Assembly: GCA_973851085.1 (NCBI GenBank)
Contig: OZ316775.1
Coordinates: 13,392,001 to 13,456,000, forward strand
Direction: 5' to 3'
Source of the DNA: Ptychomitrium polyphyllum
Lineage: Eukaryota
DNA length: 64,000 bases
Shown here: in pieces, positions 1 to 13,475 of the stretch
Layout of the letters: each line of letters starts with the position of its first letter
Position numbering within the stretch: position 1 is the first letter of the stretch
Translations under genes and position numbers: made by a program
The notes under the pieces: generated by a model
What the model was told of the DNA's origin: nothing
Database searches by the model: none
The model's input: only the letters and a program-made list of their open reading frames with translations

Positions 1-145
1 TTGAGTTTTTGAAGCAGAAATCGAAGAGATCATTTTCAAGACTACCATAAACAAAGTTGTAACTGCTGCATTCATCCAATTTTTTCTCAAGTTGTTTTCT
101 TACAGGACTTCAACAGACTATCCATTTTGTACATTTATTAAATTT

Positions 146-1355
146 TCAACCCTTTACTACAGCCCAGGAGCTTTTCTGAGAAAATGTTGATTTCACAATC
201 ACCTCTTGTTGTGGTGATACTGTGTCATTATTGGAATCAGGCCCAGAATTTTAAACAACAATATAGGTGAATATACTACATATCAATAGGAAGAAACCCA
301 CAGGGTAGAATAATAGCATCTTGAATGTAGTTGAAGCAGACTTTCACTCTCTGTGACTCTTTATCCCTGCACTCCAATTCTCTTAATCTGCCATTACGTT
401 GGACACAGCTTTTTCCTCCTCAAATAGGGATCTGGGTGTCAAACTAGACAACAATACCCTTGCAGTGATATAATTTGAACCACTGGAGGAATTTCAAAAG
501 ACACTCACTACAGATTTATACAGAATAGCTTTCAACTCTATATGTGAACTTTCATGTCTTTTAAAAACACAAATATGGGGAAAGTAGCCAATTTGTTGCC
601 TAGATCTGTGATTTTCCAAATACATTTGAAAAGTGTTTACTGATAGGCAGGAGGCACTTTAGAAAGACAAGAAATGAAGTCACATGTTGAGAGATGAACC
701 TGTCATAAACATAGAAAAGGTTGATAACTATTCCTCTACCAACTTAACCCTTCATAATAACTCAAAAACTTGTTTTAAAACAAACTATCAGATATGTATT
801 TAATAGTTACAAATGAGTTAACTAACTCTTGATCCTCCTTTATGGTTCAAATCCTTTTGAGTTTTCATAGATATCACATCATTACTTATTTCAGTTGTAA
901 CATCAGTAAACAAGAACACATCACAGGTTGCAGTACATTTCACCTCACTTCTTGTAGGAGCTTAACAACTTTCACAAATTCATTCAAAATACCTTATGTG
1001 CTATGAATCATACAGTGTTCACAATGTTTTTCTTCTGACCTCTTTCTTTCTACACCAGAAGTCTACAACTGTAATTTCTTTCTTGCCACTACAAACCTAT
1101 ATGCAGTAACTCTTGATGAGAGCAACCAAAACAAAGTAGATGCTTGATTTCCTTTCTTTCCTGAAATCTTACATATTTCTTCAGTATGTAGGCTCATATA
1201 TTTGCATGTTGGTGTAACTAGAGCTTGAATGCAATGGTTTTTTTCCTTCAGAAGATGCATCTCAGCTATGTGCATTTTCATATTCAAAAAGGGATCTTCA
1301 GTTCTTCACAGAATGACAGTGTCAGTATTTGACCCAATGGGCTGTAAAGGGTTAA
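146..1355. mobile_element. Possible decayed piggyBac-like non-autonomous element
   Basis: Right end GGGCTGTAAAGGG|TTAA (1339-1355). Left end TCAA|CCCTTTAC(TAC)AGCCC (146-165) is its reverse complement with a 3-nt duplication. Subterminal GTCAGTATTTGACCC near the right end. Interior is CpG-depleted with no recognisable transposase ORF. Confidence 0.3.
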
Positions 1356-2479
1356 AACCTTGGGTAAATAATCATCATATAAATAGAGTGTCATGGCTTC
1401 TAAAATGACATAGACAATATCAACTCAGTTTTTGCAACTGCCAAATAATTACAACTTAAGACCAACTCTTCGTCAGTTTCGGTCAAATTACCCCCATGAA
1501 ATCTGTCAACTTGTAAGTTACACATATCACTCCTGAGGGAGTGGTTATTGTGGACGGGTGCAAAGCTCCTCAGTGGGCCAAACTTGAGTTTAACATATAA
1601 TAATTGACAATGTGCAGCATGCAGTTCCAATAAGGACTCACCCACTTTGAAATTGACCACATACTCACAGGTGCAGGACCTAGTATGACCATTACACATG
1701 ATTCTGAGCATGTGAAGCTCTGAACCCCATTTGTAAAAAGTAAATTAGAAGTGTCTGAGATTCTTTTGCATTGGAATCAGCAATATGCAAGTAGTACAGT
1801 AGTTGGTAGAAAACTTGATGCTCTGGAGCCCAGAGAGTATCAGCTTTGGATTAAACTCAGTATAGAAAAGAAACCTGAGTACACTAGGGTAGAAAAGAGG
1901 AATAGAATAACAACCTTGAATTGTTTGAATAATGTCAACATTGGACGTTGTACTTCAAGGCATCCTCATACTAGGGAAACTTAGGAACCAGATTCATAAT
2001 GAACTTTCCTCTGTTGACTGTGTTCCAGTTCCACATTGAACACTGATGTTGTAATAAATTGATGCTGGTTTAGTCACACTCAAAAATGCACAATAACCAA
2101 ATTTTAGTCCCTTATGCCTAAATATGGACAAGCCATGAAATTATTATTGGAGAACCAACTTTGCTACTGAATGGGTCCTGTAATTTTGCTAAACATCTTC
2201 ACATAATTCTCAAATAGACTCACCTGAATGTAATTCAACATGTTATATTGTGCAGAACCTTTGCAATTAAATGGACCACAAAACACAACAGGGTTTTCTG
2301 TTGGGGAGACCTGGTCAGCTGATAGAATGGGTGGCTCCACATTAGATGTGCTGAAATTCTCCTTTAAAAAAGTTATCATGCAAATAAGAAGTCATTCCAT
2401 TAGAAAAGAATACAAGTCTCTTGGAATAGGATTTTGTATGCAAGGGTTAGGTTTAGCATATTTCTGCCCAGTAACTAAT

Positions 2480-5400
2480 GTTTTCTAAAACCTCCATTTT
2501 GTATATCAAAAAAAATTCTTGTCTTTAAACTATTTTTAAAAAATTTCATTTTGGAATACAATTTCCCATGTATTTTGGTATACGTTTTTAATATGTTTTT
2601 GCAAACATATTCTTGTGTAAAATGAAAATAAAATAAAATTATGCTTCCAAATAAGAATTGTGTTTTTGAATACATCTTGTAAAGAAAGATCTGCCCTACA
2701 ACTCAAGCTTGTATATTTTGTGTTCTATGTGGAATGCGTTGGAATGCTTCTATTGTGTGCTAGAGGTTCATTAGAGCCTATTTAAAAGTTGCTCATTCAA
2801 AATAAACATTTATTAAAAACACATTTGAAAGTAGCCATCGTTTATAGAATTAACATCAAATTAAGGATTTCTATTAAAAGATTTAATAAGACAAGATTCA
2901 AATGTATTTGTATATAAATTTTTGAATTAACTTGGACCTCATACATCAATTTTAAATACAAATTATTATATTTGAATCATCAAAACTAGTTTGGATAAAT
3001 GCCTTTTGATAAAAAGGCTGTCATGAACACACATCATTCATAGCCTTATTCTTAGTCTTGTAACCATTTTTTATGTTTATTAAATGGATGAATTTATTTT
3101 CTATGATAATTTAGACAATTTATGATGTAAATAGCACCAGCTCTATGCCAAATCCAATGACCTAATAGATTGAAGGTACAAGAAAGTTGCCAATTTCAAA
3201 GTAGTTGCCTCAACCATGAAGAATTGGATCAATTGCAACAATATTTACAAAAATAAAAATGTGATGATGCTACTAGAATTTTTTAATAAATAAGTAAAAT
3301 AATGTTAGTAGCTTCAAAAAGTTCTTCTAAAGTAGATGTAAAACCTTTTGATGAATGATCATCTTTAAAATGTTTTTATATTATGTGATAAAAAGAGTTA
3401 TAAAATAAGTATATTTAAGATGCAAAGTTTTAAAAATAACTTAAATGACAAAAGAAATACAATAGAATAATAAGAGATATCTTTGATATTTGAAAATCAA
3501 TTTATAAGCTATAAAAATTAAATTATAATTTAATATCTTTTTATATCATGTATAATTTAAACAAATTTCAAAATTTCCAACTTTTAATATCAAAAGAAAT
3601 TTTTTAGTGAAACTCCATAAAATAGAGCATTATTTTAACAATCAAAATTATAGCTGAAGGACAAAAAAATCTAATTTTAATGGATAAAAACAGATATCTA
3701 ATACGTATTTTATAATTTTCAAGATATATTAAGAAACTTGAATTTATTGTACTATTGAGGTCATTATAAATATAATTTGTGTTATCTAAAAGTTACAATG
3801 ATAAGTTCCAAAAACTTGAAACTAAAATTGAAATGCTTGGTAAAAATCCTTTATTCATTTAAATTTATATACCTTTACTTCATAGCAATAAGCATTAAAT
3901 TTGAAAGTACTATAGACTTTTGAATTTAAAGTATTTCAAAAAAATTAATTGGAATAAATTTAAATTTAGTATGCATTATTTCTTAACCTTAAAATCCAAG
4001 TGAAAAGTTAGTCTTATACCTCTCTCAAGAGAAGTGAGAAAAGTAAAAAAATTTGCCCAATATATGAGTATTTTAGACAAGGAACAATCCATTAGAGAAT
4101 GTTGAAAAAAAATAGAATAATTAAGATAGAAAATGTCTTTTTTTTTTAACTAACTTTTTTGGTTGGAATTCTAAGCACGCTTTCAAAAATGATTAATAAA
4201 AAAGGATTTTCTTGCAAATTTTTTGCCATGTAGGACACCAATTCATATTTCATCCATCTTCAAAGTGCTTCTTCTATAAGCAATATAATAAGGTATAAAA
4301 ATTTATAAAAGAATTTTAAAATTTTGACCAATTATATTGCTAAAATTTTGTTAATGTAGAAAATTTTATAACCTTCAATCAATAAATCATTATCTTTCAT
4401 TAAATAAATAAGATAAAAAAAACCAAATAATTTTAATGAACTTATGTTCTAATGAAAAAATGGACAAATAAAATAAAAATTTACAATAGAATAAATTTTC
4501 TATAAAAATCTAACATTGTATGAAAGAATAAATTAATGAATTGGAAAAATAAATGAATTTAATTAAATATTAAAAGAAATTAAATATTTTATATAAAAAA
4601 AAAGGTATTAAAAAAACAAATTGAAATGGAATGAAAGGAATATGCTTTTATAGAATAGATTATGTGGATAGAAATTCAAATTATATTAAATATATATTCA
4701 TATACATGGTATAAAAATTGAAGGAGTTCTTGAAGATTTATGACGATACAAGATTATTTGTTATTATAATTTGAACTACAATGATTGTATAAAAAAGAAA
4801 CTAAGCAAAAAAAATGATTATATTTAGAATTTGAAGTGGTAAATTGACTTGTAACAAAGCTTTAGAACTTTTTACAAAGATTGCTTATAAATTATAAAAA
4901 TATTAAAGTTATTATTTGAGATGTAAATTAAAACTGTACGTTTATAAATCAAAATTAAATGAGGAAAGTATTGAAGAATGAGTCAAAATAATAAAAATAA
5001 TATAACATATGTATAATTTTTGTTGAAGTATGGATTGACGTGGATCATAGTAAATAAACCAATTGATTTTTATAGAAAACTTGTTGATTTGATGAATTGT
5101 AAGAAAAAAAATGGAATTTTTAAAAAAATTCTTTATAAAATAAAAATAGATAGAATAACTCAAAAACATTATTAAACAATTGATTGATTATGATTGTGTA
5201 AAGTTTTTAGTCTAATATGTTTAAAAGTGCCTTATACATTGGTATGAACACTAAATTAGTCGGAGGAAAGATGAAAGGAGGGACAGGATTAATATTAAAA
5301 ATGCAACACAAAGTTTTCAAAATCTTGTAAAATATGCAAATGTGTGCTATATGTGGATATTATAAAATTAGTAGTTGGAATTTAGAATTGCATAAAAGTA

Positions 5401-7550
5401 ACGGATAGCAAAGGAGTTGTTTTTTCACTAGATATGGAATTGATGACTTCACTATTGCTTGGTATGTGACAAATTAAATATTAAGAAGATTTTTATTTAT
5501 AAGAATTGCAATATGAATGGAATTTTGGATAATCAAACTCCTTGTGATATTATAATGATTCCATATTGTTTTTTATTAGCTTATAAAAATGATATATTTT
5601 TTGAACATTTCTTTGATAATTGAAAAAAATCAAATTTGAAATTATTTCCTAAAGTCAATATTACGTCTTTAATGAGTAATGTGATAATTTTATTGATATA
5701 TATACTTTGTTTATACTACAAAACATTGCAAGTAATTTAGATACAAGAGTAAGATTGTGTATATGTTGGAAATCTTGCATATTAAATTTAAATATTTGTA
5801 TGGATAAAAAATCAAGCTTTAAAACATTTAAACCACATAAATCCACAATCTTAAAGACATAATATATTAAAAAAATTCAATATTGCAATCTTCGAATAAA
5901 TATATATAAATATAGATAATAATATTTATAGGAAACTTGGTACAAAAAATTCAACTTCCTAACTATAGTATGTCTTTTCTTTTTATAAGTTTAGTTGAAT
6001 TTGAAATATTTGAGACCAAAATATTTTCAATTGCAATAAAATAAAAAAGTTCAACAATAATAAAAACATTATATTTGACTTTTATTAAAGCTTCCAATAA
6101 AACATTATTCATTTAGTTTTAAGAAAAATAAAATTTCAACTAATTCAATTGTTTATACATTAATCAAAGAAATTATTATTTTACAAAACTCAATCTTTAA
6201 ACATCATTAAACATCAAAAGCTTATAAAGATTATCAATTGTTCTCACAATTCTAACACTAAAACTAATACTACAGTATAGATCACCTCACATTAAAACTT
6301 CCAATCATCAATACATCACCACTGCATTGAATGCATCAATTATGAGGCTTCTACTTTGATAAATGCCACAAAAATATAATGTAATCATTTGAAGTCACAA
6401 AAAATAGATAGAATAAATAATACAACTATTGTGAGGATCATCACAATATGATAGTGGAGGACAATAGACGACAACTCCTTTTCTAAGCTATAATCTTTCA
6501 ATTCCAATTTAATAAAAATCCGAATAATAAACTATACACACTTTTAGTTGCCACTATACTCAAAATTGTCAAAAATTTCTATTTTAGAATAAAGAAAATG
6601 AAACACCTTATTTGTTAGATAAATTTGTTAGATAAAAGATCATTTTCATGGCTTAAATTTAGTTTTAATTAAAATTCCTTAAATACAAAAAATACTTTAT
6701 GGTTATCTATTTTTATTACTTTATTTGCATTCAAAATCCTTAATCAATTCAAAAAGAACTTTAGTGTTTCTGCCACCTGAAGACCTTTACATGAAAAATT
6801 TGAAAGGAGCCATAGAAAGAGCCTTTGGTTATACACAAATCAAAAACTTGTTAAATGATACAAATGTTTTGGGATACTCATATCTAAGCTTTACAAGTAG
6901 GGTTGTTAATAATAAGCATCTACAATTTGTGCTTGAATTTGTAAGTTCTAATTGGAAGTACCCAATTAAAACTATAGGTTTTACTGAGTTAAAAAAAAAC
7001 TCATTTAATTATAGTTTATACCAAGAAAATAATTAATTAAAAAGTGGATGGTATTTCATTGTATAATTTAGTACAAACCAAAATTCCTATAAATTCATTG
7101 AAGTTATTGCATGGTATATAGTGACTCAATACTTAGTGGTGAAAATTAATTTACCATAAACTCATATTCATGGATCATTCAAATAATCTATTTATCTTAA
7201 TTATTGTGGTTGCACTTATACAAAGCCCTCTAAACGTGGAGTAATAATTTTTTCTATTATTAGAATTATAACTTATGTCAAGTTAATGATCTTAACTTTT
7301 CTTATTATTTCATAATTCTAATGTGTGCAAAATATGACACATGATCACTCTTAAGCTATATTTGCTTCATTATTTTGATATGAACCAAGTGGAGATTGAC
7401 TTGGACATGGTGTAAAACAGTCTCCAATGCACTCACCAACCATCAAATAAAAATTCCTCTAATTCATATGCACTATACATATCACCATTAAAATCACATT
7501 AAAAATGACATAATATAGGCACAAATTTTATAGATTTGGACATTGAATGA
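2480..7550. other. Very AT-rich, CpG-depleted intergenic DNA, probably old decayed transposon sequence
   Basis: A/T runs throughout, almost no CG dinucleotides, only short low-complexity ORFs. Sharp switch to GC-rich sequence at about 7680. Confidence 0.5.
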
Positions 7551-7696
7551 TAAAACTACAACAATTGTAAGCATGCTGGTGTATGAAAGTTAAGGAGAAT
7601 AATCAAATTTTGGAGTGCGAGGAGCTGACAAATCAATGTGAATGAAAAATCTCTACCGTTAAACCATATCCAGATCCTCACAGCCATTCCATGACG

Positions 7697-8281
7697 ACAC
7701 TGGGACCGAGGGACGGACCGAGGAACGACCGAGGAGTGCGTGGGATCGTGCCGGGCAGCACCAAATTCGGACGGCGGGCAGGGGTCCACACAGACGGCGA
7801 GGGGGGCAAGCGGGGGCACAAGGGCGAGTGAACTGGGGGGAGCGTGAATGTGCAAACAGCCCAAGAAAGATGGAGTTGCAGAGGATGAATATGTGCCTGC
7901 AGGGACAAATGGAGGGGGCCGCACAGACAGAGCGAGCGGCGTCGGGGGAACGAACCCATGTGAACTCGTGGAGTGCCGAAAGGGAGCGTCCGCTAACAAC
8001 ACTGGGACCGAGGAACGACCGAGGAGTGCGTGGGATCGTGCCGGGCAGCACCAAATTCGGACGGCGGGCAGGGGTCCACACAGACGGCGAGGGGGGCAAG
8101 CGGGGGCACAAGGGCGAGTGAACTGGGGGGAGCGTGAATGTGCAAACAGCCCAAGAAAGATGGAGTTGCAGAGGATGAATATGTGCCTGCAGGGACAAAT
8201 GGAGGGGGCCGCACAGACAGAGCGAGCGGCGTCGGGGGAACGAACCCATGTGAACTCGTGGAGTGCCGAAAGGGAGCGTCC
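7697..8281. repeat. Tandem direct duplication (period 290 bp) upstream of PEPCK
   Basis: 7715-7991 reads identically to 8005-8281. ACACTGGGACCGAGG occurs at 7697 and 7999. The same peptide (MGSFPRRRSLCL...) appears twice in the ORF track, 290 bp apart. Confidence 0.95.
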
Positions 8282-8289
8282 ACCACATG

Positions 8290-8560
8290 AGAGGGCCTCA
8301 CGGGGGGGCGCGCCCGAGCTGCATGTGACCTGGCATCGCGGGCAGCGGGGGTTCCGGGGTAAAAGCGCGGGGGGTGAAAGCCGGGGAGCGGATGTTGACT
8401 AGAGTTCGGCAGGGATGGGCCCAGCCAAACGGTGGGCGGGACCGCGTAGCGCCCAGTTACCCAGGGGTGAAAGCGGGTGAAAGCGGGGAGCGAGGGGCAA
8501 CCCGGGGAGCGGAGTTACGCGCAGTAAAGGGCGAGGGGTTCATAAGGAGGCGACCATGGA
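8290..8560 (+). promoter_or_regulatory. G-rich proximal promoter of PEPCK with repeated GGGTRAAAGC and GGGGAGCG motifs
   Basis: GGGTRAAAGC at 8357, 8372, 8465 and 8475, followed by a CT-rich leader typical of a 5' UTR from about 8570. Confidence 0.45.
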
Positions 8561-8569
8561 GGGCTGCTC

Positions 8570-9624
8570 TCCCATCCTCGTGTTTGTTGCGTTCACTGCT
8601 TCCTTTGAAGCTCCCTTCGCTCGCTCTCGATCTGCTCCGCCGCTGCCTCTGGAGCGCTCGGCCGCCCGCTCCCATGCTCCCGTCGTCTTGAGCCCTCGTT
8701 GGAACTTTTCGGCTCTCGGTTTGGTGCTCGCTGGCGGATTCTCGGTGCGTTGCTCTGCCCGTTCATGGTACTGTGCTGTGCTAGGTGCTGCTTGCTACTG
8801 TTTGCTCTGCGCTTGGTGAGAAGAGCGAGCGAGAGTGAGAAAGGGAGACACACACTCCCACACATGCACACACGCACACACGCACACACACAGACAGCAA
8901 TGTGTGCCAGAATGTTTCGTCGTGCTGTGGGTGTCTGAATTTTAGTTGCTTGGTAGCTGGCGAGTAGCATGTGGGTGGAAGCACTCTGTTTCCTTCGACA
9001 TTTTTTTTGTAGAAAAGTTTTCTGAAGCTGTGGAAAGTTTTTGGCTAATTGAGGAGTGTCGTTAGCATAAAGATGACTTTTTGTTGTCGTCGTCGTCCGT
9101 ACGGTCATACGTTGGCGTCGTGTTTTTGCTTTTTGGGTTTTCTTTCTTCGACGATTAGCGATTTTTGGTCTTGTTAGCACTTTTGTATAGTCCTGTATTT
9201 TTGTGATGCAGTGTGTCTTTGTAGAATGAAATTTTGACATTTTTGAAGTGTTATGTTTGGGCACACTAAGTTTGTTTGTTAGTCATTATGGTCAGCTACT
9301 GCTGTTTGTTTATTTCATATCTCTTTTTAGAAGCGGTATTCGACTTATTTGTGATCTGAGTGATTATTCGTTGCTGGATGCTATTTCGAGGTTGGTGACG
9401 TGTTGGTGACATAAGTATTTTTTGTTTGTCGAAAACAGAGTGGCTTATTTGTGGAATAAGCCAAGCCGTTTTTGGGTTGTAGTCGGCATTTATGCACTGT
9501 CGATGCTGTGTTTTTCGCCTGTCAATCATGCTTTTAAGTCCGATATTATTTCTTGAAGTAACGATTGACAATTGGTTGGCGGAAATTTTTGCAGGTTGAA
9601 CTTGTTTAGTAACCTCTGAGCGAA
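8570..9624 (+). other. Putative PEPCK 5' UTR with leader intron (8816-9594)
   Basis: CT-rich exon, donor TTG|GTGAGA at 8816, T-rich intron, acceptor TTTTGCAG| ending at 9594, 30 nt before the ATG. Start coordinate approximate. Confidence 0.6.
8848..8892. repeat. Imperfect (CA)n/(CACG) microsatellite in the PEPCK leader intron
   Basis: acacacactcccacacatgcacacacgcacacacgcacacacaca. Confidence 0.8.
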
Positions 9625-12600
9625 ATGGCCTCCAACGGGAACGGAAACGAGGTCCACGACTTCGAGTTCATGAGCACCCATGTCCCAAATGGGCTGTCTA
9701 AAATTAACACTAAGCCCGCCACAGCGGAGATGTGCAACGACGATACCACACCCCCTGTGAAGGTGACGAACGTTGAAGAGTTGCATGCTTTGCAAAGGAA
9801 GAAAGCGTCCACTCCCAGTACGCCCAGGAACGCCACTAACCCCTCTACGCCCAAGAGCTTGACTCCTCGTTCCCTCCTGTCAGAGGAGGAGCGTCAGAGG
9901 CAGCAGATGCAGTCTGTCAGGTACAAACTTTGGTTAAAGAGCATGGCTTTTAATAAATTTCGAGGAGCTGCATTTCCTTCCCCGAGCTTGTGACATTATC
10001 AGCAGCTCGTGCTGTGGTTTTATATATTGTACAATATTGTCGCTACTGAAGTAATGAATGTTGAATTTGGATTTGCAGCGCTTCCTTGGCCTCCTTGACC
10101 CGTGAGAGCGGACCTCAGGTTGTCAAGGGCGATCCGGCCAGGAAGAGATCTCCGCCGAAGTCCGTGGTTGCTCCCAGGCTTGACATCAGTGACAGCGCTC
10201 TGAAGTTTACGCATGTTCTCTACAATTTGTCTCCATCTGGTAGGACACCTGTTTTTGTCGATGTTTACATCTTTTTATTTCTATCTGAAGCATGTGCATG
10301 TCATCTTCATGATCAATTTGCCCTTTCTGCGAAGCACATGTCTGCCACCATTGTAGGATGTATTCGATGTGCCGCGATGTTCTTGGTTGAGTGGACTGTG
10401 AAATGAAGGCTGTTCTTATTTGGATGCGCTTGGCTTTTGCAGAGTTGTACGAGCAAGCTATCAAGTTTGAAAAGGGTTCCTTTATCACGTCAACTGGAGC
10501 TCTTGCCACACTGTCTGGTGCAAAAACAGGGCGTTCTCCCAAGGACAAACGCGTTGTGAAGGAGGAGACGTCGGAGGATGACTTGTGGTGGGGAAAGTGA
10601 GTGTCACGTTCTCCTACCTTTCGCTTTTGTTAGTGTGGAGCTTACAGGAAAGAAGTCGAATATCTAGCTCACCGGTTTTGCCGCGTTGAAGTTTCGTGTA
10701 GAGTTGTTGAAGTGTGTCGGTGTCTTGTATCAACCGCTTTTTTTCGCTGATCCTACCAGGCTGTTTGGAAATGCTGTCAGAGTATATTGATCTGGTTCGT
10801 GGCTTGTTCACCAGAGGATCCCCGAATATCGAGATGGACGAGGAGACATTCCTGGTTAACCGCGAGAGGGCCGTCGACTACCTGAACTCATTGGAGAAGG
10901 TATGCCGTGTTTTCTGGTGCCGATACCGATCCTAGTTTGATCTGTTTGTTGATCATCAGAAAGCTGCGAGGCGGAATCCTCTTGTTCAGGCGGCGCCTCA
11001 CGAACGGATTTGTGTGAACCAGGTATTTGTCAACGATCAGTTCCTGAACTGGGACCCTGAGAACCGCATCAAAGTTCGGATTATATCCGCTCGTGCTTAT
11101 CACTCACTTTTCATGCACAACATGTAAGCCCCTAAACTCACCGAACATTTCTCTGTCTTCCACAATACCCGGTATGAACGCTGAACGCTGAACGCTGAGT
11201 TATGATTACGCAGTATCGATGTCTGTTGCTTTGAACAAACCTATAGCAGCTAGGAACATGCAAGACTTTGGCACATCTCTCGTGAACGTCTGAAACGAAA
11301 TTGGACGTGATGATGTGGGTTAAATGCTGGAGGGTTTGCTTCCTTTGCTGGGGGAGGTGGATTTGGATGTATGTGTCTTTTTGGTGTGGCCGGTGGCATT
11401 AAGCATATGGGTGGCAGGTGCATCCGCCCTACACCTGAAGAGCTCGAAGATTTTGGAACTCCGGACTTCACAATTTACAATGCCGGACAGTTTCCGTGCA
11501 ATCGCTATACCCACTACATGTCATCGTCAACTAGCATAGATTTGAACTTGAAACGCAAAGAGATGGTGATCCTGGGAACGCAGTATGCCGGAGAGATGAA
11601 GAAGGGTCTCTTCAGCCTGATGCACTACTTGATGCCTAAAAGGGGAATCCTGTCGTTGCACTCGGGCTGCAACATGGGAAAGGCAGGGGATGTGGCGTTG
11701 TTTTTTGGATTATCAGGTATAGTTGGCGAAAGAAAACGAGAAGCTTACGTGTGCTTGGACAGCTACGAGACGGGAAGCATGTGCACGGCACTAATGCCCG
11801 CGGCCGGTGTGGTGTGTTGCTGTTTCAGGTACCGGTAAGACGACCCTGTCAACCGACCAGAACCGTCAGCTGATCGGAGACGACGAGCACTGCTGGGGCG
11901 ACAACGGTGTGTCGAACATCGAGGGAGGGTGCTACGCGAAGTGCATCGACCTTTCGCAGGAGAAGGAGCCCGAGATCTGGAACGCGATCAAGTTCGGAAC
12001 CGGTGGGTTTGCAGAATGGGAGGTTTGAGGAGATTGGCGGGTCAGCGTTCGTACTCTTTAGTGGGTGGTACGCTTTTGGTGTGATGCGATTGGCGCTCTA
12101 ACACGACTGCTGCGTCTTTGTGCGGTGCAGTGCTGGAGAACGTGGTGTTCGAGGAGCACTACAGGGAGGTGGATTACAGTGACAAGTCCGTGACCGGTAA
12201 GTCGCGGATCTTGTGCTGCGGATTCTGTGTCTGGTGTTGCTCGGCGTCGTTGGGGTCTTGGTGTGCGTTGGCATCCTCGGCCTGGTGGTTTGCTGCCGAG
12301 TGTGACAATGAGCCGTAGACGGCTGGATGGCGCTAACGTTGTGCGGCGTGTACCCGGTGCAGAGAACACGCGGGCCGCATACCCCATCGAGTACATTCCC
12401 AACGTGAGGCTGCCATGCGTCGGGCCTCACCCGACGAACATCATCTTGCTGTCGTGCGATGCCTTCGGCGTGTTGCCACCAGTGAGCAAGTTGACCCACT
12501 CGCAGACCATGTACCACTTCATCAGCGGCTACACCGCCTTGGTACGTCTGTCGGGCTCGGCTTGGGTGGAGCGTGTGGAGGGCGCTCGCGTTTTGGTGGT

Positions 12601-13475
12601 TTCCGAGTCGGTGGGTGCGAGTTGGTTCTGACGGGCGTGGGGTTCGTTCGTGCAGGTTGCCGGAACCGTGGAGGGCGTGAAGGAGCCGACCGCTACATTC
12701 TCTGCTTGCTTTGGGGCTGCGTTCATCATGCTGCACCCAACGAAGTACGCTGCCATGCTGGCGGAGAAGATGCAGCAGCACGGTGCCACGGCGTGGCTGG
12801 TGAACACCGGATGGACCGGCGGCAGGTGCGGGCGCGATCGCTTGTCTTGTGGTTCTGTTTTGTAAGTGGTGGAGGATGGTCCTCTGTGGAGTCCGCTCGC
12901 AGCTGTGTCCGGAGTGGCGGCGCTGACGTGTGATGATGGTGCAGCTACGGCGTGGGATCGAGGATGAAACTGGCGCACACGAGGAAGATCATCGACGCCA
13001 TCCACGACGGGTCGTTGTTGGACGCGGAGTACGTGCAGACCCCGATGTTCAACCTGGCCGTGCCGACGGAGGTGAACGGGGTGCCGAGCGAGGTGTTGCA
13101 GCCACAGAATGCGGTATGCGACGACAGGCCCGAGAGCAGACCGTGTCAGTCGAATGCTACGTCGACACAATGAGACGAGTTTGGGATGCTGGATGTGTTG
13201 TGCGGTTTCTGGTACCTTGTGTAGTGAGCCAGGCGCGGCGTGTGTTTTTGGAGTCTTGGGTTGGAGAGGTCGAGGGTGTTCGTTCGTGTGCATGGTGTCT
13301 GACAACGCTGAGGGATGGTTGTGTGCAGTGGTCGGACAAGAAGCAGTACAACGAGACTTTGAAGAAGCTTGCCGGGCTCTTCCAGAAGAACTTCGAGGTT
13401 TACGCCGACTACAAGGTTGGTGGAGACAGCAAGCTGACGGATCAGATCCTTGCAGCTGGGCCTAGTCTGCTGTAG
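9625..13475 (+). CDS. PCK1: Phosphoenolpyruvate carboxykinase (ATP), 12 coding exons: 9625-9920, 10079-10239, 10443-10596, 10815-10899, 11023-11123, 11418-11716, 11829-12002, 12131-12196, 12363-12541, 12656-12825, 12945-13113, 13329-13475
   Basis: Spliced product contains [22 protein letters not shown], the P-loop [37 protein letters not shown] and WLVNTGW, plus the plant N-terminal extension ([16 protein letters not shown]). All introns are GT-AG and in phase. Confidence 0.98.

Noticed and set aside
7556..8938. Many overlapping 80-200 aa ORFs upstream of PEPCK, including a possible uORF at 8556
   Set aside because: GC-rich promoter and duplicated DNA has few stops, and no protein motifs are present. 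The 8556 ATG probably lies at or before the transcription start.
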